A stretch of 64,000 nt of DNA from Blastocladiella emersonii ATCC 22665 (taxonomy: Eukaryota; Fungi; Blastocladiomycota), in assembly GCA_025594325.1 (NCBI GenBank), contig JANHCV010000010.1, positions 558,001-622,000 of the forward strand, read 5' to 3'. Shown here in pieces: positions 55,718-64,000 of the stretch. The translations under genes were made by a program, and so were the position numbers. A model generated the notes under the pieces. It had not been told where the DNA came from. It worked only from the letters and a program-made list of their open reading frames with translations, and did no database searches. Within the stretch, counting starts at the first letter, position 1, and the number at the start of each line of letters is the position of its first letter.

Positions 55718-57034
55718 TCAAAGACGGGTCCCACGAGCGGCCATGACGCGCCTGTACTCGGTCCAAAGAACATTTGCGATGCGGTTCCGAAGCGAGATAC
55801 CGCGCTGACGAGCTCCGTCCAGCGAGGCCTCGAGGACAGCGGCCTCGTCGTCCTCCTCGTTCTCGTCGTTCAGGGGCTCGCGCCCACGCACACGCGCCTC
55901 ACGCGCCGCGTCCCGCGCGCGCCGGAGCTCCGTCTCGGCGTCGCGAAAGAAGGCGTCGCCGCCTTGGTTCCACTTGTTGATCATGTTGTGCAGCGTGCAG
56001 AGCGCGTACACAAGCTTGACTTGAGTCTTGATTGGGTAGGCCGCGCCAATCGAGAGGACGCGGAACCGCTTCTTGAGCACGCCAAAGATACGCTCAACAG
56101 AGTTGCGGAGCGACGCGTGGCGCAGATTGAAAAGCTCTTCGCGGTTCTTAACTCTACGTACGTTGGTGAAGCGGATGAGATGGCGCCAACGTGATGGTCA
56201 TGGCAGTGAGAACGTACCCATCCTTGCCGCGGGCAAACTCGCGAAGATGATAGCGGGTACCGCGGAAGGGCACGATGATGGACGTGCGGTTTGCGTAGCC
56301 GCCGTCGGCGAGGTAGAAGCGGCCGGCGGGGATCTTGAACCCACGGGCGAAGGCGTCCAAGAGCACGCGCGAGTCATGCGCCTTGCCCTCCCACCCTGCA
56401 AGAACGTAGGTGAAGTTCAAGTCAAAGTCGCAGGCAGCGAGGACATTTGAGGAGATGGTCCCCTTGCGGTTTCGGAACGAGTCGTGAAGCTTAGTGGGCA
56501 CAACAAACGGGATGTGCGTTCCGTCAAGCGCGCCGACCGCGTTCTGGAACGGAGCGTATTTCGGGTCGTGGGCGATGCGCTCATGCACGGGCGTAGAATC
56601 GGACGGCTGGACAATGAACTCGGGCATCAGGCGGTACAGAGCGTCGAGCACTTGCTTCAGAACCCTGGACGCGGTCTCGCCAGAGATTTGGAACCGCTCC
56701 CTGAGGTTGCGGTTGGTGCTGCCCTCGCCGGCCATGACAAGAAAAACCATGAAGCGCGCCTCGACGGACAGCTCGCGGCCGTCGGCGAGAAGGCCACGGT
56801 CGCGGAACAGGCGGCAGATGGCCTTGAAGGTCTTGCGGGGCATACGGGCGATTTCCGAAAAACGCGTTTCGCTGTTGCACGTCAGCAGCTCTTGAACCCA
56901 CGACTCGCCGGAAGCGTGGACGTGCGGATAGGCTCCCACGAGCGGCGCTCGTTGCGAGCAGCGAGACGTCGCAGGAGAGCGAGGGCGGCTGTGAGCATTA
57001 GGCCGCGCAGCTTGCGGTTGTATCCCTTGCCCAT
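55718..57034 (-). CDS. PIF/Harbinger DDE transposase, second copy (same intron and same N-terminal frameshift)
   Basis: Translations identical to 1382-2698. Confidence 0.9.
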
Positions 57035-57271
57035 GTTGTCTGAGGGCTCGAGAACACGATGCGTGAGGTTAGGTGTTGATTCGTTGCAATAAGCGCGGCT
57101 GCAAAGAGGTGGGAAAGATTTTATTGCGGGGGGGGGGGGGGGGGGGGCGTTCATCCAGCGGGGCGTTTGGTTCGCACGGCCGCTGAGATGAACGGGGGTG
57201 AGGTGAAACGTGGCAACTTTTTCAGCTGATCCACCTGATCTGAACCAAACGGGCCCTAACTCTGCCGTGGC

Positions 57272-59666
57272 TTACTTGTCCCCCTCCTCCTCCTCGGCCT
57301 CCTGGTCGGGGAACAGGCTCGAGTAGTACGGCTCGGCCGAGACCGCAGCCGCCGCGTGGTGGCCGCCCGCCTTGCTCGCCGCCATCGCGTCGAAGCACCG
57401 CGGGTCCGCCGTGCGCGCGCGTTTCCGCTGCGGGCCGTCCACCTCCTCGCCCTCGTCATCACTGAGGTCCACCTCCTCGTCCTCGTGCCCGACCGCGCCC
57501 GACGGCGGCGACGCGAACGGCGGGCGGGTCCCCGCGGCCTCGTCGGCGTCGATGGCGGCCATGGCGGGCGACAGGAAATGCGGCGCCGCGTACGACGTCC
57601 ACGCGGGCGTCTTGGGCGACGGCATCGGGACGCTCAGGGCGCCCGGACTCCGCCCGCCCGACACGCTGGCCATGGCGGCGGCGTTGACGCGGCCCGACAG
57701 CTGCCGGCCGCGGCGCGGGAGCTTGGACACGTCCGCGGCGTCGGGGATCGGCGGGATGGCCGGCAGGTTGGCGTTCTTGTACTGCCGCCTCGCGCAAAAG
57801 TGGGTTCTGTGGGGAGGGAGGGGAAAAGATGGTTAGTCAGGGCAAGGAGGAACACGCGGACAAGGTGTGGGCGGGGACGTACCGGTAATGTTGCCAGCTG
57901 GGAGGGAAGGGACGATGTGAGATTAGCCAAGGCGAGGAGAGAACACGGGCGAGCTGTGGGTGGGGGAAGGCGTACCGGTTGTCGTTCCGCGTGAACCGCG
58001 CCGCGCACCCGGGGAACGGGCACGAGAAGGGCTTCTCGCGGCCGTGGATCGACCGCTCGTGCCGGTGCAGGTGGCCCGACGACGTGAAGGCGCGACCGCA
58101 CCCGTCGAAGGTGCACGTGAACGGCCGCTTCTTGCCGTCGTCCTTGGGCGTCCGCGCTGTGCCGCCGGGCGTCGTCGCTACGGGCGTTGGGGGTGCGTCG
58201 CCCTCATCGTCGTCGGCCATGACCGGCGTCTCGGGCGCCGTGAGGCCGGCAGTGGCCGCGGACCGCTTCTTGGTCGCGCGCGTCGCCGAGGGCGGCGGTG
58301 GTGGCGGCGCAGCCGGGTCGCCCGACGGGGACCGCGACTTGGTCGCCGTCGAGCTGCGGCGCGAAGTCGACGATGCAGCAGCGACCTCGCGCGGCGAGGG
58401 CCGGAGCGGCGACAGCTCGGGCGCGTCGTCGATCTGGACCGCGAGCGGGGACGTGGCCGACAGCGAGGCGCGGCGCGGGTACACCTGCTGCTGCTGCTGC
58501 TGGTGGTAGTAGTACGTCGGCGGTGCAGGTGGGCGCGGCGGCGGGGGACCGGCCACGAACCCGTGGCCGTTGTCGTAGCGGGGCATGTCGTTGACCATGG
58601 CCGAGTAGGGCGACGGCGCGAGGCCCGGGTGCAGGAGACCCGACGCGGTAGCCGAGCCCGACAGCGGCGACAGCGCCGTGGGCATGGGCGCGTTGGGCAT
58701 GGTGGGCGTCGGCAGGCTCGTGGGCGGTGGCGGTGGCGGCGGCGGCGGCGGCGCGAGGTCGTCGTTGGGGTACAGCGGGCGGTATCCCTGCTGCTGCGGG
58801 GGCGGCGCGTAGTACCCGCGCGACGACGACGTAGATGAGGGCGGGTATTCGTCGTGCAGGATGGGCGACATGACGTTCACGTCGTGCACGGGCGGGGTGC
58901 CGGGCGTCGGGAGAAAGTAGGCGGAGGGACGGGCCGATGCAGACGCCGAGGACTGCTGCGGGTAGCCCGAGTCGCCGCCGCCGCGCGGGAGCAGCGCAGG
59001 GGGAGCCGCCGGCGGACCAGAGCGACGCACGATGCGCGCCGTGGGCGCCGACGACGACGCGGAGGGCTGGAGCTGCTGCGGCAGGGGCGGCGGGCCCTGG
59101 TGGTGGTGGTGGTGGCCGTAGTACTGGGCGCGCTGGTGCTGGTGCTGGTACTGCTGCTGCGAGTACGACGCGGCGGACGGAGCCATGGCACCACCCGCGG
59201 GCGGCGTAACCTTATCGGCGGGACGCAGCGGGTACTCGGCCGCGGGCACCACGGGCGTCGCGGCCGCCGCCGATGGAGCGTAGGCCGCGTTACCGTCGGG
59301 ATACGCGTACTGGCGCTGCTGCTGGTCGGTGCTGGAGTAGTACTGCTGCTGCGGCGGGGGCTGCGAGTAGGCGGCGACGACGTAGCCGTACTGGTCCGTG
59401 ACGAGGTGGTGCGGGACGCGCGCGGCCGTCGACGCGGACGAGGGCGTGGCCGACCCGGCGCCCGAGCCGCCGCTGGCGTTGCCGTCGTTGAGCAGGTTGA
59501 CGCGTGCGCCGCCGGCGTTGCGGGCCCACATGCTCGAGTCGATGGCGGCGGAGGCCGGGGGAAGCGGTGGTAGAGGTGGGAGCGGAGGGGGAGGGGGTGC
59601 CGCGGCGGTGGGCGAGCGGCGGACGGCGGGGGCGGATGGAGGGCGAATGGTGGCGATGGGGTGCAC
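57272..59666 (-). CDS. C2H2 zinc-finger transcription factor (two fingers, introns in the second finger)
   Basis: PFTCTFDGCGRAFTSSGHLHRHERSIH GREKPF SCPFPGCAARFTRNDN; long P/Q/S-rich activation-like region. Confidence 0.87.
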
Positions 59667-61727
59667 GCTAGAGCGAGCGTGCCGAGCGCAGAGCGGGTCG
59701 TCGGAGGTTGAAGAGCAGAGGGGGATTTGGGATCAGCGCGACGATCACACGGGAAATGCGATCGGCGGGGAGGGAAGGGGAGAGCTAGACCAAGCCGAGG
59801 CGGGAGGGAGCAGCGTTAGTCACAGTGCGTCACGGTGACGCGGCGCAGATTCGGGGCGACGTGGCCCTCGGCCTTGCGGCTTTGGGCAGGGGGGCAGAGC
59901 CCGCGCCGCCTGCCCGCCCAACCACCACCATGGGAAATATCGCGCGGGCATCGCCGCGGTGCAATCTCGGCCGGGCAACAGCGGCTGCAGCAGCAAACTC
60001 AATCGCGGGCGGCCATGGCCATGGTCGCCGCCGCCGACGAGAGCTCGCGCCGCAACCGCTGGCCGAGCGGGACACACACGCAGGAAGGGACGCGACGGGA
60101 CGCGACGCAGCGGGCCGTGATCGTATCCGATCATGGCGCGCGTCCGAGCCGCGGCGCGGGGTGGGTGGTGGGAGAGGGTCGAGGGGGCGGCGCGCCGTGG
60201 TGGTCGACGCGGCGGCAGGGGCGGGCGGGGCGGTCTCGGCCGTGTGCAAGGGCAGGGCGAGCGCATCATCGAAACGGAGGGGCGCGTACCGGCAGCAGGT
60301 GGATGATCACTCGAGATGGCCGCGATGATAAAGCAGGCTGGAGGGAGGGGAGAGAGAAGGGAAGGGCGATGGCCGCTCGGTGCCGGAAAGCTAGACGCGA
60401 GCAGGCGGGAGCGTGCGCAGGCCGAGTGAGAAACAAGAAGACTCGGCAAACGGTGACCCCCAATCATGGGCAGGGCGCGCGCGGCTCGGCTCAGCGCACA
60501 GCACGGCGCACGGCGCACGGCGCGCCGGCCCCGATGCAGGCACACACCAGCGTGACCAGTCTCGGATGCGGGCGCGCGTCACTCGGTTGGCCGTGGCGAG
60601 ATGATGGCCGGGAGCGAGAACAAGCACCCAACCCGCGCCCGCCCCTTTTGTAAGGGCAGGGCGCCCGACCGACACCCGCGGCGCGTGCCCGGTAATCGCC
60701 ATCGCGGGCGACTGGGCAGTCGAGAACGCTCGCGCCGCCTCCTCGACTCGAAGCCGTCCGCACGCTGGGTGGGACACGCGCCGCGCCGACGAGCGCTGGG
60801 AGATGGCCCACTCGACCTGCGACGCACGACGCGCACGCTGCCCTGCACTGCAACAGCGAGAACGACTGTGCAGCCACCGCCGCCGTCGTCATCATCGCCG
60901 TCTCCCGCACGAGCGCAGCACACCTGTGGTGGGCGACAGCGGGCCCGCGGCCGGCCATCGGGGATCGGCCATCGACCGCCGACCGCCGACACGGCTGCCC
61001 AGACTCGGCGGCCGGGCATCGCGATCACCGCGGCCGAGCGAGGCGGCGCAGCTCAAGGGAGGCGCGCGCGTGTCTCCCGTTCGTGTCCGCGGGCGCGACC
61101 TCTGCCCTGCGCTGCGCGCCGTACGCAATCGGAGATGATCACGGCCGAACGAACGAACGATCGACCTGCCAGGCAGGCAGACAACGTACGTGAATCGCAG
61201 AATGTCTGGGCCAGTTCCTGCAAGAGTGCCCAGGGCGGCGTTCAACGAGCGCCAGCGGGCGGGAGGGGAATGGGCAGGGCCGCTGGCTCCGGAGCGCCCG
61301 CGGGCGCCTGGGCACCGGCGTTGCCCCCAGTCCTGGGCCGTGCTTCATTCGCTTCTTTTCTTTCTTTCTTGTTCAGCGGGGGGCGGGCCGTGTGTAATCG
61401 TGACGAATCATGACACATCGACTCGCCCGCCCTGCCAGCGTGGGAGTCGCCCATCGGGTGATCCCACGTGCCTCACGCGCGAGCGTGCCTCGGAGTGTCT
61501 CGCACCTCGGCGCCACGATGGTCGCGGGCGGGCCGCCGATGCGGACGCGTGGATCGGAGACGCGTCGTTCCTGAATCGGGACTCGCCTCGTCCGCCGTCG
61601 CGTCGTCGGGTAGATTAATCGTACATGTTTGCTGTAATCGCGATGGGAAGAGGGGTAGGGCATCAAAAAAGGGGAGAGAGAGGGGGAAGCACACAAAGGA
61701 AAATGTAAGGATACACGACACGCACGA

Positions 61728-63797
61728 TCACCACGGCCGGCCCTGCTTCTGCTGCTGGGACTGCTGCTGCTGCTGGCCATAGTACTGGCCCTGCGGCGGA
61801 CCCTGCTGCAGTGGCCGCCCTTGCTGGTGCTGCTGCGGGTGTGGCGGGTAGTCGTCGTCGTCGGACATGTCGGACGCGACCGTGTACTGCGTGAACCGGT
61901 ACGCCTGCGGGTTGATCATGGTCTCGCGGACCCCGCCCTCCTGCATGCCCGGCGGCGGGCCGCCAGGTCCCGCAGGCGCGCCGATGGCAGCAGCGGGCAT
62001 CGGTGGCGCGGGCGCGGGCGGCGCGTTCGGGTCGGCCAGGCACATGATGGGGAACACGCCCTGGCGCCCATCCCACGCCTCGCCCCACGCGTACCCGTCG
62101 CCGTACTCCTCGAACACGGCCACGGCGTCGCCGACGTGCACCTCGAGCTCGTCGTCGAGCCGCGGAATGTACGACAGCACCACCTGGCGCGGCCGCGGCC
62201 GCCCGTCGCGCGGCGCCATGGACGGCGGACGCGTGCTCGCGCGCTTCGCGACTGCGTTCCACGCCACCGACTCGGGACGCGCACCGGGGCCGCCGGCGGG
62301 CGGCATCGGCGCCATGGCGTACGAATCCGGGTGACCGTGGTACCCCTTCTCGTTGCCGTACGCGTCGTACCCGTTGCCCGATGGCGGCGGGCCCCACGCG
62401 GGCGGCGGCGGCGACGGGCCGCCGGGCCCCGACGGCGGGGACATGTGCGGCGACGACGACTGCATCTGCATGGGCGGCTGCTGCTGCTGGACCTGGCCGC
62501 GGGCGAGCGAGTAGTAGTTGTTGCCGAACTCGTCGGCGGGCGACCGCGGGCCGCCCATGTCGCGCGGCGACCCGTTCGGCAGCGACTGCAGCGTGAGGTG
62601 CGGCGACGCCTTCTCGGGCAGGTTGCGCGGGCCCGACGCCGCGGACCCCATGCCGCGGTCGCCGGCGGCCTCGGGGTGGTCGCGCGGCATGGACCCGTTG
62701 GCGACAAACGCCTTGGACTTGCGGCGCGACCCGCGGCGCATCACGACCAGGCCGCCGATCACGGCCACGACCGCGAGCACGCCGCCGCCGCCGAACAGCC
62801 AGAACTTGCCCGGCACGCCCGCGAGCTTGCGGTCCATGAACCCCTGGCTCGCGTTCGCCGACGCCGAGTCGACGCCGCCCGACGGCGAGGCCGAGGGAGC
62901 CGCCGCGCTGCCCGATGGCGAGCCCGATGGCGAGCCCGTCGCGGTGCTCGGGTCGCGGCTGCCGTCCGAGTTGCCGGTGGTTGAGGAAACCGAGGCGCCC
63001 GTGAGGAACTCGACGACGGGTACGGTCGGGTTCTTGGCGAGCTCGGCCTTGCACACGGCGGCGGCGGCGCCGTTCTGCGACGCAATAAACGAGGGCTCCG
63101 AGCACGAGTGCGCGCACGCCTGGGTGAGCGTCGGGAACCCGCAACTGGCGGCGCCCTCGATGGCCTCGCCCGTCATGCAGTTGTTGGGCTTGGCGGCCAT
63201 GAGCAGCTTGGACGCGTTCCGGGCGGCATTCATCCTGGTTTTGGAGAAGGTGACGTTGAAGCACTTGTTGGCGGCGTGCGAGATGGCCTGGTCGAAGGTG
63301 GCCCAAAACTCGTTCTGCTCCTTGGGGCACAGGACGCGCTCCTGCGCCTTGACGTTGCAGCTGGCCGCGCCGTGGAGCGCAATGGCGCTGCACGTCATGG
63401 CCTTGTACCAGCGGCCCGTCAGGGCGACCGGCGTGCAGTTGAAGAGGCGCGACGAGAAGGCGCTGAACCCGGTGACGGAGAAGGCGTGGTCGATGAGCGC
63501 CTTGAAGTCGGCCGACGATGCGATCGTGGACCGCACGTTCGCCAGGCTGGACATGGCCACGCCGATGGGCACGTACTGGCCCAGGAACTCGGACACGTTA
63601 CGGGCTACGACGAGCTTGGACCCCATGCTCGAGCACAGCGTGCCCGCCGTGTCGACCTGGACGCACTGCGGCTCGACGGCCTGCTGCGCCGCGGCGGGCG
63701 AGGGCGCGGCCGCGAGCAGGAGCGAGGCGACGAGCGCGGCGACGAGGACCGCCAGCAGCCGTGGCCGGCGGCCGCGATTGGACGAGGATGCGGACAT
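61728..63797 (-). CDS. Signal peptide + Cys-rich ectodomain + TM + cytoplasmic SH3 (receptor/adaptor-like)
   Basis: LLAVLVAALVASLLLAAA signal; ~13 ectodomain Cys; TM FWLFGGGGVLAVVAVIGGLVVM then RR; SH3 LDDELEVHVGD..YGDGYAWG..QGVFPIMCL. Confidence 0.8.
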   Translation of the reverse strand: MSASSSNRGRRPRLLAVLVAALVASLLLAAAPSPAAAQQAVEPQCVQVDTAGTLCSSMGSKLVVARNVSEFLGQYVPIGVAMSSLANVRSTIASSADFKALIDHAFSVTGFSAFSSRLFNCTPVALTGRWYKAMTCSAIALHGAASCNVKAQERVLCPKEQNEFWATFDQAISHAANKCFNVTFSKTRMNAARNASKLLMAAKPNNCMTGEAIEGAASCGFPTLTQACAHSCSEPSFIASQNGAAAAVCKAELAKNPTVPVVEFLTGASVSSTTGNSDGSRDPSTATGSPSGSPSGSAAAPSASPSGGVDSASANASQGFMDRKLAGVPGKFWLFGGGGVLAVVAVIGGLVVMRRGSRRKSKAFVANGSMPRDHPEAAGDRGMGSAASGPRNLPEKASPHLTLQSLPNGSPRDMGGPRSPADEFGNNYYSLARGQVQQQQPPMQMQSSSPHMSPPSGPGGPSPPPPAWGPPPSGNGYDAYGNEKGYHGHPDSYAMAPMPPAGGPGARPESVAWNAVAKRASTRPPSMAPRDGRPRPRQVVLSYIPRLDDELEVHVGDAVAVFEEYGDGYAWGEAWDGRQGVFPIMCLADPNAPPAPAPPMPAAAIGAPAGPGGPPPGMQEGGVRETMINPQAYRFTQYTVASDMSDDDDYPPHPQQHQQGRPLQQGPPQGQYYGQQQQQSQQQKQGRPW

Positions 63798-64000
63798 GTA
63801 CAGGGAGAGGGAGGGGAGGATGAGCGACTACATGAGGGGCTCATGGGTCAGCCACACACCTCACTTGGTGCTCAACTGACGGAGCGAGCGTACCTTGCAA
63901 GTCGCGAGAGGAAGGGAGGGCAGGGATGCGACCAGCGCGTGTGCAGGGAGGGCAGAAGGTGCACGGGCGGGGCGAAGCGTGTAGTGTAGAGCGTCGTGTA

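Larger units (their letters stand above)
54005..57256 (-). mobile_element. PIF/Harbinger DNA transposon, full-length copy (3252 bp) with TAA TSD
   Basis: GGGCCCGTTTGGTTC TIRs; TAA at 54002-54004 and 57257-57259; transposase and Myb/SANT ORFs convergent. Confidence 0.95.

Noticed and set aside
59700-61700. Many overlapping R/A/P-rich ORFs
   Set aside because: GC-rich intergenic/UTR sequence with no codon bias or domain motifs.

Overview
GC-rich, intron-containing eukaryotic DNA. The gene set (short 60-75 nt GT-AG introns, hevein/CBM18-type proteins, Cce1/Ydc2, a CH-DH-PH-SH3-WW RhoGEF) is consistent with an early-diverging zoosporic fungus such as Blastocladiomycota; the taxon is an inference. 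The left half is an accessory region. A ~14.9 kb endogenous Polinton-like DNA virus (3611-18481) encodes a double-jelly-roll major capsid protein, a penton, an A32-type packaging ATPase, a fibre, BOTH an rve integrase and a tyrosine recombinase, and a fused AEP primase/UL9-like SF2 helicase; no pPolB is visible. It has its own cis-signals: a fixed-spacing TGTTG-N8-TAAA motif before its genes, a 92-bp hairpin-containing tandem array, an oriS-like 70-bp AT-centred palindrome and terminal palindromes ending in CA. It carries CpG-decay scars and three single inactivating lesions. It sits inside a tandem family of nine two-exon F-box-like/ankyrin-like + LRR genes and fragments arranged as head-to-head pairs (694-32081). 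Its left end appears removed by a deletion associated with a PIF/Harbinger transposon (1162-3610, mismatched TSD). The right half is mostly ordinary host genes (CCE1, FUM1, RhoGEF, MIX23, NDUFA13, MRH4-like DEAD-box helicase, NIT2/3, a C2H2 TF), three receptor-like TM proteins and a full-length second PIF/Harbinger copy (54005-57256). All homology calls are by motif recognition only; no searches were run.
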